The notes: generated by a model not told the origin, from the sequence alone. DNA of 64,000 bases from an uncultured Elusimicrobia bacterium (GCA_964506645.1 CAZDML010000002.1:3012-67011), one strand, 5' to 3'; counted from the first letter of the stretch, positions 17,294 through 26,828 are shown. Numbers and translations: made by a program.

Positions 17294-19423
17294 CTATTTC
17301 TTGAGAAGTTGACGGACGACCGTGCTGATGCCGGCCGCGTCGAGTTGGTTGCGACGGTAGTTTTCCTCGGTCGTGCCGGAACCGACATGGTTGGCTTTGG
17401 GCGTCACATTGGCGCCCAGGGACTTCAGAACAATACCGGGATTGCGTCCGATGAGCCGGGCCTGGTTGACCGCGTCTTTGACGCGGTGTCCGAGCGCATG
17501 GGGTTCAGCATCATGGACAGTGAGAATAGGGGTATTGTCTTCCAGCAGATCGCGCACAAACGGAAGGTCCACGCGCTGCAGCTTATTGATACTGACCGCA
17601 TTGATGACCTTGGTCACGATGCCTTGCGCCGCCAGCTCATTGCTGGCTTTAACCGCTTCGGCCACCGTGGCACCAGAAGCCACGATGATCAGGTTGGGTT
17701 TGCCCGAGGCTTGGGTCGGAACCACGTAGCTTCCCTGTTCCAGCTTCTTGCGATAGTCAGGCAATGCGGACAAGCCTAAATTGGTAATCGGATGGCGCGT
17801 ACAGCGCAGATAGATCGGATGGCTGGGCGGGCCGTTTTTCACGACACGCTCCACGATCAATCGCGTAATTTCAGCCGCTTCCTGAGAATCGGCCGCTTCA
17901 AAAAGTTCAAAGAGATCGCCATCGACTCCGGAGAAATGATCGAGCATCCCGGGCGTGGAAACACCCATCTGGCTCTTGCCGTCTGGACCCACGCCACAAC
18001 CAGAGTGTGTGCCAACGGCCACATAGAACGATCCAAATGCAGCCGCATGATTGAGTTCGTCTGCAGCTTCCAGCAAGAAATTGTCGAACGTTCCGATAAA
18101 CGGAATCAGACCTTCGTAGCCAAGACCCGCGGCCTTACCGCAGGCGTTGCATTCCGCAATACCTTCCGGAAAATACGCTCCGGTCGGATTGGACTTGCCA
18201 TGACGGCCGGCCACTTTTTCCAAACCGAACATCTGCACGGAATCCTGCAGGTCAGGCGAGGTTGCCACAACTTCCGGATACTGTGCGGCGAGCGCCGTCA
18301 GCGCCTTACCGAACCCTTCGCGTGTGCTGGCAGCCTTATCCGTCGGCTGATAATTCGGGAACGCCTGAGGGCCGGCGGCTTTGCGAGTGTCTAAATGTTT
18401 CTGACGTCGTTCTGCGACTGTTTTCTTGTTGGCCTGATTGACATTGTCTTTGTCCGCAGACGAAATCGCAGACTGCTTCGACCAGGCTGTCTGGTCAGCT
18501 TTGTCGATCGAGCCAATACGTGCTTCGATGATCGGAAGCGCTCTGGCGAGCTGTTCTTCGGTGGGTGCTACACCGTGAAATTTATATTCCCCCGGCTTGT
18601 GACCGTTGTATTCCATAAAGTCGACGCCTTTGCCTTTGATCGTGTCGACAATAATCACGGTCGGCCGTCCGGCTTTGTGGGCTTCCGCTTTGGATTTGAG
18701 CAGCGCGTCTCGCAACTTCGTAATGTACTCGCGATTCTTCGCCGGTTCGGCGGATTCCCCGTTCAACACAACTACGTTCCAGCCGAGTCCTTGAAAAACG
18801 GTTTCGTATTTGGCCGGAGTGAGGTCGGCAATGCCAGCCGTCTGCTGCGCCTTGTTGCGGTTCAAGATCCAGGTCATGTTATCCGCGCCCACGAGCGCCG
18901 CATTGGCAGCAGCCTCATACACTTGGCCCTCTTCGGCTTCACCGTCACCGATGATACAGACCGTATGATAATCCTGCCCTTTGTAGCGGGCGGCCAGCGC
19001 CATACCAAGCGCTTTGGACCCTCCCATACCGAGCGCGCCGGTCGAGCAATCAATGCCGGGTGTCAGCAGCCGAGTTGTATGTCCCTGCGCAATGACGTCT
19101 GGGTTCTGCCGTAAATCCATCAATTCTTTTTCCGACCAGCCTTTAAAACCGGCCAAGGTCAGCGCGGTGTACAGCATCGGAGCCGTGTGGCCTTCACTGA
19201 GCACCAGGCGGTCGCGGTTGTCCCAGGAGGGTTCATTCGGGTCATAGCGGAGCACGCCGCCAAAATACAGAACAGCCATGACTTCGGCGAGCGACAGGGT
19301 GCCGCCCGGATGGCCGGAACCGGCCCGGGTCAGGGCTTTCAAATTGGCAAGACGCATCGTTTCGGCCTGCAGGCGCAGCCGTTCCGCAATATCCACGCTC
19401 TGTGACACCGCTTGTGACGCCAT
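17294..19423 (-). CDS. tkt: transketolase, single-chain fusion of the N-terminal (TPP-binding) and C-terminal (Pyr + C-terminal domain) halves joined by a ~60-aa low-complexity linker
   Basis: The N-terminal ..GSGHPGGTLSLAEVMAVLYF.. and ..GDGEAEEGQVYEAA.. (TPP motif) match split-transketolase subunit A. After the linker (..SIDKADQTAWSKQSAISSADKDNVNQANKK..), ..REGFGKALTALAAQYPEVVATSPDLQDS.. matches subunit B. Confidence 0.85.
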   Translation of the reverse strand: MASQAVSQSVDIAERLRLQAETMRLANLKALTRAGSGHPGGTLSLAEVMAVLYFGGVLRYDPNEPSWDNRDRLVLSEGHTAPMLYTALTLAGFKGWSEKELMDLRQNPDVIAQGHTTRLLTPGIDCSTGALGMGGSKALGMALAARYKGQDYHTVCIIGDGEAEEGQVYEAAANAALVGADNMTWILNRNKAQQTAGIADLTPAKYETVFQGLGWNVVVLNGESAEPAKNREYITKLRDALLKSKAEAHKAGRPTVIIVDTIKGKGVDFMEYNGHKPGEYKFHGVAPTEEQLARALPIIEARIGSIDKADQTAWSKQSAISSADKDNVNQANKKTVAERRQKHLDTRKAAGPQAFPNYQPTDKAASTREGFGKALTALAAQYPEVVATSPDLQDSVQMFGLEKVAGRHGKSNPTGAYFPEGIAECNACGKAAGLGYEGLIPFIGTFDNFLLEAADELNHAAAFGSFYVAVGTHSGCGVGPDGKSQMGVSTPGMLDHFSGVDGDLFELFEAADSQEAAEITRLIVERVVKNGPPSHPIYLRCTRHPITNLGLSALPDYRKKLEQGSYVVPTQASGKPNLIIVASGATVAEAVKASNELAAQGIVTKVINAVSINKLQRVDLPFVRDLLEDNTPILTVHDAEPHALGHRVKDAVNQARLIGRNPGIVLKSLGANVTPKANHVGSGTTEENYRRNQLDAAGISTVVRQLLKK

Positions 19424-19477
19424 GGGGATTTCCCTTTTAGTAGAGGTTATTCTCGAAGGTTGAACGTCGAGGATGTG

Positions 19478-19508
19478 ATTTTATCAAAGTGTCCCGCGTG
19501 GAAACAAC
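19478..19508 (-). promoter_or_regulatory. candidate sigma70-type promoter for the tkt gene block: -35 TTGTTT (19508-19503), 16-nt spacer, extended -10 TGaTAAAAT (19486-19478)
   Basis: This is the only non-coding gap (19424-19512) in the first 28 kb. The motif was read directly off the minus strand. An AAGGGA Shine-Dalgarno sequence precedes the tkt ATG. Confidence 0.3.
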
Positions 19509-19512
19509 CGAG

Positions 19513-20132
19513 CTAACCGCGTTCACTGATGTCACGGAAGGACCAGACCCGGCCGATAATGCGGTCGCCGATCTTTTGAGGCATGGAGTAGCACTCCACA
19601 ATTTGACGGGTTTTAAGATGAATGAGGTCATGGCTGAGGGCTTCGGGATGTGTATTCAGATACACGACGGTGCCAAAAAGCACATCCGGGTCCGCCAATT
19701 GACTGAGCACGTCTTTAAGCGTCTGTTTTTCTGTCCAGGACGTCACCTGGCTGGCGGGAATCTTCCACAGTTCCGTAAAACGCTGATTGGCAATCAGAAT
19801 CTTCTTTTTGAGGTCGACCACCAGAATACCATCGGGCAAGCTGACCAGAGTGGAGCGAAAAATGGCGAGTGCGCGGTCGGCCAACGTAGACGTGGATGCC
19901 GGCGCTTCCGCGGACTTTCCTTTTTCTTTCAGCGAAATATACATCTCGAGCAGTTCTTTGGAGGTCAGGTCGAGCGAACGCTTTAGCACTTCCTGCTGGG
20001 TGTCATGCTGTTCGTAGGTCTCATTGATCGCATTCACAAACGCTTTCCATTCGGCCGGCGTGATTTTGCCGTCTTTTAAATACTGTTTGATCTGCTTCTC
20101 GAGCAAAGGATGCAGGGGATTACTGTGGGGCA
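19513..20132 (-). CDS. PAS-domain protein (sensor module only, ~205 aa)
   Basis: The C-terminal 110 aa (..LPDGILVVDLKKKILIANQRFTELWKIP..IGRVWSFRDISE) is a PAS fold. The start MPHSNPLHPLL (ATG about 20132-20130) is preferred over the track's 20295, which overlaps the upstream gene. Confidence 0.55.
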
Positions 20133-20953
20133 TAGGGATTCTGCAGCCGGATCGTAATCTGATAAGCGTTAGAGGTGGTGGGTCCCGCTTCGTCTTCAGC
20201 GACAACCGCCACGGTAAACGTCGTGTCATCGGTTGGGGGTTCATCCGTGGACTGAATGGCATCGATAAAATCGTCAAAATGTCCGTGTGCATCAACTGAT
20301 AACGCCCCCTGGTGCTGAATGCCGCGACCGGAATCTACCGTATAGGTCAGTTTGGTCAAGGAACAGCCCGCTGGCACCTGCGTGTCGCCGCGCAAACGAA
20401 TGCGCAGCGAGGGAATGCTTCCACGGTAGCTGGTCTTCAACGGTTCTGCGGTCAACGTTACCTGCGGAGCCGCCGAGCACAGAACCTTCACAAGGCCCTC
20501 CGCAGGCTCGGACCATTCGCTGGCCAACACCGTGCCTTTCTTACGGCTCTTCATGTACCCCTGCGCGCGCACGCGGTACGTGTACGTTCCAAATCCCAGG
20601 TCGCTGTCCACAAAACTGGTTTCGGTCACCGTGCCAATCGTCGTGCTTCCGCGCGACACATAAAAAGCAAAGGCATCAAACACGGGCGCCGGCGTAGGCG
20701 CCTGCCACTGCCAGTGCAGCGTGACTTTGTTGCCGAGCACCACAGCCTGCACATTAAAAGGAGGAAGCAGTCCGCCTGGCGCAGCGAGGGGTGGCGGGGG
20801 CGGTGCTTTCGGAGTCGGAGGCACTGGGTTGGATAAGTCAAAACGTTCGATGGTTTTTAAAAAATCGTCACGTTCCACTTCGGCAGCATGAGCAGAAACA
20901 CCAACGCTCAAATCCCAAGCTCCAAATAAGAATCCAACAACCAAGACGGCCAT
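20120..20953 (-). CDS. secreted protein with fibronectin type III-like domain and C-terminal beta-rich domain
   Basis: Signal peptide MAVLVVGFLFGAWDLSVGVSAHA, a proline-rich linker (PPTPKAPPPPPLAAPGG) and an FN3-like block (..VTLHWQWQAP..YTYRVRAQ..). Confidence 0.5.
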   Translation of the reverse strand: MAVLVVGFLFGAWDLSVGVSAHAAEVERDDFLKTIERFDLSNPVPPTPKAPPPPPLAAPGGLLPPFNVQAVVLGNKVTLHWQWQAPTPAPVFDAFAFYVSRGSTTIGTVTETSFVDSDLGFGTYTYRVRAQGYMKSRKKGTVLASEWSEPAEGLVKVLCSAAPQVTLTAEPLKTSYRGSIPSLRIRLRGDTQVPAGCSLTKLTYTVDSGRGIQHQGALSVDAHGHFDDFIDAIQSTDEPPTDDTTFTVAVVAEDEAGPTTSNAYQITIRLQNPYAPQ

Positions 20954-20990
20954 TTGGATCTTGGTGCTTGATGATTGGAATTTGATTTTC

Positions 20991-23900
20991 TTATTGTGCC
21001 AGAGCCGACACATCGCCGTATTTCTCCTTGAGGGACGGGTCCATTTTCACCGCTTTGGAAAATGCGTCAGATGCCTTTTTGGCAAATCCTTGTTTCAAAT
21101 ACATGCGCGCAAGATTCAAGTGAATGCCCGCATCAGCCGGGTCGCGTTGCGCGGCTTCTTTATACAACGATTCCGCTTGTTCATACTCTTTATGCAAGAA
21201 GGCAATGTTTCCAAGATTGTTGTAAGCAGCAGCTGCCGTGGCTGCATCGGAACGTGCTTTGTTTAAGTAGGCACGGGCCTCATCGAAGCGCCGGAACTCC
21301 GCCGCCAAAATGCCCATCTGCAGCTGCGGCTCACCGGCAGCCGGGTTTTTCTCCAGTTCCTGCTTGGCCGCTGCCAGCCGGGTCTGCCAACGCAGATCCA
21401 CAAGCGCTTTCCAATCTTTACCAAAACGTGTTTCTACGGCCTCGTGCGCTGGCATCTTCGTCACTACGGCCGTTTCAGCCAGCGTGGCCGGCTCATAGGT
21501 TTGCCAGGCTTGATGAATGTCGATAACACCGACTTTGCCCGCCGCGCTCAACCGGCGGTACTCGTCTGCCGCATGTTTCCAGGCTTCCATAAAGGAAGAG
21601 CCCAACATCGTGATCTCCAGTGGAATCCAGTAGGTGCCCGCATATGAAACAACCATCGGCTCGGGCAGACCCAGCACCTGCAAATCGGACTCGCCGGTAT
21701 CAAACATCAGGAAGAGATGTCCCGGCACATCAAGCGCACAACTCGGCACACTGAGACTTTCCAGCGCCGAAGCGAACATCGCCACGACATCCGAACAATC
21801 ACCGCTTTTGCGCGACACGGTTTCGCGAGCGAACTGCAGTGAATCGACTGTGGACGAATCCAGCGACACGCGGTCGTAGGGATTATTCGGCCGCGGAACA
21901 TAGGATATTCCGTAAGTACCCAGCCCAGCGAACAGCGCCCAGGCCGTTTTAATCGGTGCCGGCAGCGGACTGACGGCATGCACGTCTTCATAAGGAAGCA
22001 CCAGCGAACGTGCGACATCAATAACCGGCGGGTCGTTCGGTGTCACAAACGCGGCAAATCGTTCCTTGTGATCCCAACGTATGCTGTTGCGCGAGTAGAG
22101 CTTCAACGGAAAGTTCTTCACGACCGTATTTTCCTGGCCGCCCTGATAAAACGTCAACTTCACTTGCGACTGGATCGGCGTGGTTTCCGTCACTTCGAGA
22201 ATTTTATTATTGAAGGTCGCCAGCACGGGCACTTCTTTCTCCTGGCGGAAGCGCAACTCATCGATCGGGGTGTCACTGGGAAAATCCATATAGCCCTGGA
22301 TGGCAAAATCGATTTTTAGTTTTTGCACTGGAGCGGGTCCGTTATTGCGCAATACCACTTTGCCAAACGGTACACGGCTGTAGTATTTGTAGTAGGCTGA
22401 GAAAATATCATCGAACTGTGCCGACACAATTTCCAGGCGCGGGCCACTGGTTGACGGCTTGGCCATGACGCGCACCGGGACCGAAGGCACGCTGGTAGCC
22501 CCCTGCAGTGACTGCGCAGCAACCATATAGGTATAGGTCGTTTCCGGTAGGAGCGAATCATCGGTGAACGTCGTTTCTACGGTTTCTTTTAATTTTTGGG
22601 GTTCGGCCGGAGGCAATGCACGATACACGACATATTTCGGAGGAAAACGCATCTTGGACGCTTCCCAGGCCAATTCCACATAGCCTTCGCCACCCGTCGC
22701 TTTCAACTGGGTCGGCGCGGGAGGGGCCACCACCACACGGAACACCTGGATACGGCCTTCTTCGGCCGTATACAGCCGTCCATCATCGCTCAGCACAAAT
22801 GACCGCGGCTTGTTGAGAAATCCTTTGGACAGACCCGGAGCGCCGAACCCCCCGACAAACACACCCTGCTCGTCATACACCACAATCCGCCCGCGCTCGG
22901 CATCGAGCACATACAAATAGCCTTCCCGATCGACACTCAGGTGCCGCGGCTCTAGCAATGCTTCCCCGCCAATCATTCCCATTTCGTGCAGGAAACGACC
23001 CGAGGCGTTAAACGACACCACTTTGTGATTGTCGACATCAGCAATATAAATTTTGTCGTTGTCCCAAGCCACTGACACAGGTGTTTTTAGCTGGCCGAGT
23101 TCTTTGCCTTTCTGGCCGCCCGCGTAAAGGAAGAGTCCCTGATCATTAAACGCCTGGAAGCGGCTATTGCCGGTATCGGCTACAAAAATCGTACCCTGCT
23201 TGTTCACAAAAAGACCCTGAGGCGCAGAGAGATCTCCTTGGCCGCTCTTAAACATGGAAGCCGATTTACCGATTTCTGCCAGCCGATTGCCCGAGGCATC
23301 GCATTTCAGAATTCGGTTATTACCACGGTCGGCAATGAAATAGTTTCCCGCCGCATCGACCGTCAGCGCGATATCCGAACGTACGCCCAGCTTTGTCTTT
23401 AGGGGAAGGGTATCACTCGGCTTGCCGTCACTATCGAGCAACGTGATCGTTCCCGTTTTGGCCGAGTAAGCCGCCAAACGGCCATCGGACAACAAAGCAA
23501 GGCGGTCGGCATCCACATTCCATAAATTTTTCAGGGCTGCCTGGAAACGGACGGTGGGGGTCGGCGTCACAGCCGGCGGATAATTTTGGCGGGATAAGGC
23601 AAAGACCACGACGCGGTGATTGTCGGTGTCAGCAATATAGAGTTGATCGTTCCAGCACGCCAGCGCATTCAGGCTCTTAAACTGACCCTCACCGCTGCCG
23701 GCACGCCCAAAGGCACCCAGCGTATGTCCGTTCAAATCCATTTCACGAAATTGGCTCGCCCCGCGATCGGCCACATATAGAAGTCCCTGCGCGGACATGG
23801 CTAGCGCACCAGGTTTACTAAATGCTTTCATGCCCGGCTCCGCGCCGGAATAAGAACGGAACAATTGCCCCGCTGTCGACCACTGCTCGATCTGACGCAG

Positions 23901-24560
23901 TTTGGCGTTGGTGACATAGATACGTCCCGAGGCATCCACCGCCACCCCTTCCATTTCCGACCCGGTATCAATCGCTTTCAAAAAGATGCCCGTCTTGGAA
24001 AAAAGCTGAACGCGCTTGTTGCCGGCATCGGCGACAAGAATCACGCCGTCTTGGCTCACCGTCACGGCCACTGGATTGCGGAACTGACCGGGGCCTGACC
24101 CATGCTCGCCAAACATCAGCCGTGGTTTTCCATCTGGGGCCAGCACTTGAATACGGTCATTGCCGGTATCAGCGACATAAATCGATCCTTCGCTGTCTGT
24201 CGCTAATCCCTGGGGCTCAGAAAATTCGCCCGCCCCTTTTCCGGCACGACCCAGCAACGGAATATCAACTTCCCCCGAGGAGGTATACACCGTCAACGCA
24301 CTGGCACTGCCGTTGAGCACCCAGACACGCCCTTGCTTATCCACGGTGAGCGCCACCGGATCAAAGCGCTGCGTGGTTGTCGGCGCGAGCAGTGTTTGTT
24401 TGAGCTGGAGAGTGTCGTAGGCGAAGACGGGTGACTGGTAAATTCCAAATCCCAAACACCAAGCTCCCAATAAATTCGAAAAACAAAAACGCCAAACTCT
24501 ATTGTAGTTTCGGCGATTGGAGTTTGTTTGGAGCTTGGAATTTGGTGTTTGGTGATTCAT
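20991..24560 (-). CDS. large secreted multidomain protein: NHL-repeat beta-propeller(s) + FN3 + transglutaminase-like cysteine-protease core + C-terminal TPR repeats
   Basis: Residues 50-620 carry many NHL blades (..YVADTGNDRIQVL.., ..ILVADAGNKRVQLF.., ..YIADTDNHRVVVF.., ..FIADRGNNRILK..). FN3 lies at about residues 630-720. A Cys-His-Asp block (..SGDCSDVVAMFASAL..PGHLFLMFDTGE..) marks the transglutaminase-like core. The C-terminal TPRs include ..AYNNLGNIAFLHKEYEQAESLYKEAAQRDP... It has a long N-region signal peptide. Confidence 0.7.
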   Translation of the reverse strand: MNHQTPNSKLQTNSNRRNYNRVWRFCFSNLLGAWCLGFGIYQSPVFAYDTLQLKQTLLAPTTTQRFDPVALTVDKQGRVWVLNGSASALTVYTSSGEVDIPLLGRAGKGAGEFSEPQGLATDSEGSIYVADTGNDRIQVLAPDGKPRLMFGEHGSGPGQFRNPVAVTVSQDGVILVADAGNKRVQLFSKTGIFLKAIDTGSEMEGVAVDASGRIYVTNAKLRQIEQWSTAGQLFRSYSGAEPGMKAFSKPGALAMSAQGLLYVADRGASQFREMDLNGHTLGAFGRAGSGEGQFKSLNALACWNDQLYIADTDNHRVVVFALSRQNYPPAVTPTPTVRFQAALKNLWNVDADRLALLSDGRLAAYSAKTGTITLLDSDGKPSDTLPLKTKLGVRSDIALTVDAAGNYFIADRGNNRILKCDASGNRLAEIGKSASMFKSGQGDLSAPQGLFVNKQGTIFVADTGNSRFQAFNDQGLFLYAGGQKGKELGQLKTPVSVAWDNDKIYIADVDNHKVVSFNASGRFLHEMGMIGGEALLEPRHLSVDREGYLYVLDAERGRIVVYDEQGVFVGGFGAPGLSKGFLNKPRSFVLSDDGRLYTAEEGRIQVFRVVVAPPAPTQLKATGGEGYVELAWEASKMRFPPKYVVYRALPPAEPQKLKETVETTFTDDSLLPETTYTYMVAAQSLQGATSVPSVPVRVMAKPSTSGPRLEIVSAQFDDIFSAYYKYYSRVPFGKVVLRNNGPAPVQKLKIDFAIQGYMDFPSDTPIDELRFRQEKEVPVLATFNNKILEVTETTPIQSQVKLTFYQGGQENTVVKNFPLKLYSRNSIRWDHKERFAAFVTPNDPPVIDVARSLVLPYEDVHAVSPLPAPIKTAWALFAGLGTYGISYVPRPNNPYDRVSLDSSTVDSLQFARETVSRKSGDCSDVVAMFASALESLSVPSCALDVPGHLFLMFDTGESDLQVLGLPEPMVVSYAGTYWIPLEITMLGSSFMEAWKHAADEYRRLSAAGKVGVIDIHQAWQTYEPATLAETAVVTKMPAHEAVETRFGKDWKALVDLRWQTRLAAAKQELEKNPAAGEPQLQMGILAAEFRRFDEARAYLNKARSDAATAAAAYNNLGNIAFLHKEYEQAESLYKEAAQRDPADAGIHLNLARMYLKQGFAKKASDAFSKAVKMDPSLKEKYGDVSALAQ
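24440..24550 (-). other. strongly self-complementary TTGG/CCAA-rich segment overlapping the first ~40 codons of the NHL gene (possible 5' regulatory RNA structure or a small inserted repeat)
   Basis: CCAAGCTCC (about 24533-24525) pairs with GGAGCTTGG (about 24467-24459). This is flanked by CCAAACACCAA / TTGGTGTTTGG and a nested CGCCGAA / TTTGGCG stem. Confidence 0.4.
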
Positions 24561-24561
24561 G

Positions 24562-25437
24562 TTATTTTCGTTTTTTAGCGAGCTGTAAGGTGTTGTGCAG
24601 TAGCATCGTCACGGTCATCGGCCCGATCCCGCCAGGGACGGGGGTAATGGCCGAGACTTTGGGCAGCACCGCATCGTAGTCCACGTCCCCACAGAGTTTC
24701 CCCTGTGTGTCACGGTTGATACCCACATCGATCACAACCGCGCCTTCCTTCACCATCGAAGCTTTGACAAAGCGCGGCTGGCCGATCGCCGCGACAAGAA
24801 TATCGGCTTCGCGGCAGACCGCTTCTAAATTGTGTGTTCGGGAGTGGCACATGGTCACCGTCGCATCCATTCCAAGCAACATCATCGCGATCGGCTTACC
24901 GACCAGCTTCGAACGACCGAGAACGACGGCGCGCATGCCGGCGACCGGAATTTTGGAACGCTGAAGCACCTGAATGGACCCGTGCGGTGTACAGGAAAGC
25001 GGTGTTTTTCCGGAGGCCATCTCCGACCAGCTCTTGTATTCAAACAGTTGGCCCAGGTTGTAGGGATGCAGGCCGTCGGCATCCTTGCCGGGATCCATCG
25101 TTTCCAGAATCGGAGTCGAATCCATGCGGTTAGGCAACGGCAACTGAAGCAAAATCCCGTCGACCTTGGGATCGGCATTAAGTTTTTTCATCAGGGCAAT
25201 CAGTTCGGCCTGGGTCGTGGTAACGGGTAGGGGTTTATGGATCGATTCAATACCCACTTCGATACAGGCTTTAATTTTATTGCTGACGTACGTATGCGAC
25301 GCCGGGTCTTCGCCGACTAAAATGGTGGCCAAACCGGGTTTTCGCCCGGACGCCTTCTGATACACTTCGACGTCTCGCTTAATCTCCGCACGAATGTCTG
25401 CGGCCAACCGTTTTCCATCCAGAATGAGTGCTGCCAT
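24562..25437 (-). CDS. folD: bifunctional methylenetetrahydrofolate dehydrogenase / methenyl-THF cyclohydrolase
   Basis: Start MAALILDGKRLAADIRAEIK.. (the track ORF begins further upstream inside metF). It has ..VGEDPASHTYV.. and ..PVPGGIGPMTVTML.., the FolD signatures. Confidence 0.9.
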   Translation of the reverse strand: MAALILDGKRLAADIRAEIKRDVEVYQKASGRKPGLATILVGEDPASHTYVSNKIKACIEVGIESIHKPLPVTTTQAELIALMKKLNADPKVDGILLQLPLPNRMDSTPILETMDPGKDADGLHPYNLGQLFEYKSWSEMASGKTPLSCTPHGSIQVLQRSKIPVAGMRAVVLGRSKLVGKPIAMMLLGMDATVTMCHSRTHNLEAVCREADILVAAIGQPRFVKASMVKEGAVVIDVGINRDTQGKLCGDVDYDAVLPKVSAITPVPGGIGPMTVTMLLHNTLQLAKKRK

Positions 25438-25438
25438 G

Positions 25439-26341
25439 TTAGATATCCCCCAACAACGAACGTGAAACACCGCGGCGCAGGGAAGCCAGATGCGCCAGAA
25501 TTTCAAACGTCGCCCGCGATTTATTGAGTGTGTAAAAATGAATGCCCGGGGCACCGCGCTGCAAGAGTGCACGCCCCTGAAGGGCAGCGTGATTTATTCC
25601 GATGCGTGTCACCGCCTCATTATCCGTCTGCACCGGCTCGAGTTCGGAGTGCAGTGTCGCAGGAATCGATGCGCCGCACAGTGTGGCAAAGCGCTGAACC
25701 TGTGCAAAATTGGTGATCGGCATGATCCCGGGAACGATGGGACAGGCAATACCCAAGGCACGAGCGCGTGAGACAAACTCAAAATAGGAGTCATTATTAA
25801 AAAAGAGCTGCGTGGTGACGAAGGAGGCCCCAATGTCGACTTTGCGTTTCAAATTTTTCAGATCTTCGTCCAGGGAAGGGGCTTCCGGATGCTTTTCAGG
25901 ATAGCCGGCCACACCAAAACAAAATTTCCCCGCCCGCGCCACTTCTTCGGCCAACTCGTTGGCATAGTGGAAGCCATCAGGATGAGGAACAAAGGCCGTC
26001 ATCCCTTTCGGCGGATCCCCACGCAGCACCAAAACATTTTCAATGCCATGGTCAGCCAGTTCGGCCAGTATCGTACGTATTTCCGATTTGGAGTGACCGA
26101 CACAAGTTAGATGCGCCATGCCGGTAATACCGAATTCTCTCTGGATACGTTCGACGATTTCCAGCGTTTTGGCCCGGGTGCTCCCCCCGGCGCCATAGGT
26201 TACGGACACAAAATCAGGTTTGAGCGGCTGCAAACTGCGCACCGCATCCATCAGCGCACGTTCCCCCACCTCATCCTTAGGCGGAAAAAATTCGAAGGAA
26301 AAAATAGGGCGGCTTTGTTTAAAAAGTTCGGAGATTTTCAT
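25439..26341 (-). CDS. metF: 5,10-methylenetetrahydrofolate reductase
   Basis: MKISELF..IFSFEFFPPK..VSVTYGAGGSTR..LRGDPP.. are classic MetF blocks. It lies directly upstream of folD. Confidence 0.9.
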   Translation of the reverse strand: MKISELFKQSRPIFSFEFFPPKDEVGERALMDAVRSLQPLKPDFVSVTYGAGGSTRAKTLEIVERIQREFGITGMAHLTCVGHSKSEIRTILAELADHGIENVLVLRGDPPKGMTAFVPHPDGFHYANELAEEVARAGKFCFGVAGYPEKHPEAPSLDEDLKNLKRKVDIGASFVTTQLFFNNDSYFEFVSRARALGIACPIVPGIMPITNFAQVQRFATLCGASIPATLHSELEPVQTDNEAVTRIGINHAALQGRALLQRGAPGIHFYTLNKSRATFEILAHLASLRRGVSRSLLGDI

Positions 26342-26342
26342 G

Positions 26343-26828
26343 TTAGGACCAGGCCTCAAGCACCCGGAGTTTCCGGGCCAGAATTTCTAAATTTTCGATA
26401 TCCTCCCGATTATAACGGAGGAGGTGCTCCAGCGCTTCCTGTGATCCGCGCTGATACGAAGCCCACAAATTCATCGCCTGCAACCCATCGGTGCCTGCCG
26501 TTTCGCGGTGAATGCCCAGCTGCACTTCGATCGACTTGAGTCCACCCTTGAGCTTTTTCTTGCGACAGTCCCGTAACAGATCCTGGTGAGGAATAAGTGC
26601 GGCAAGATCCAGCCCCAGATGGTCCCGCAATACCGGGAGGTCGAAACAGGCCCCATTAAAGGTATAAAGCCGACGCACTCCTTCGAGTCCTTCCAATATT
26701 TTAGCCGCGGAAATGTCGGGGGCAACCCATTGGACCGTGCCGCGCAGCGGGCGATAGACACCCACAACCGTGATCCGACGTTCCCAAGAGGTTTCTATAT
26801 CAAGGAAGGCGAGTTGATCCAGTTCCAT
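26343..26828 (-). CDS. RNase H-like 3'-5' exonuclease family protein (YprB / PF13482-like)
   Basis: ..LAFLDIETS.. (Exo I acidic motif), ..LYTFNGACFDLPVL.. and ..LLRYNREDIENL.. (YxxxD Exo III) identify a DEDD-type RNase H-like fold. Confidence 0.55.
   Translation of the reverse strand: MELDQLAFLDIETSWERRITVVGVYRPLRGTVQWVAPDISAAKILEGLEGVRRLYTFNGACFDLPVLRDHLGLDLAALIPHQDLLRDCRKKKLKGGLKSIEVQLGIHRETAGTDGLQAMNLWASYQRGSQEALEHLLRYNREDIENLEILARKLRVLEAWS

Noticed and set aside
19424-19512. tRNA or small RNA genes in the few non-coding gaps (19424-19512, 37218-37404, 39022-39336)
   Set aside because: I found no cloverleaf-compatible sequence (no GTTCGAAT-type T-arm or matching acceptor stems). The gaps are better explained as promoter or terminator regions.
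20133-20295. Longer N-terminal extension of the PAS protein (track start at 20295)
   Set aside because: The extension (MMHTDILTILSMPFSPRMNPQPMTRRLP..) overlaps 175 nt of the upstream FN3 gene in another frame and is low-complexity. The internal MPHSNPLHPLL start abuts the upstream stop.
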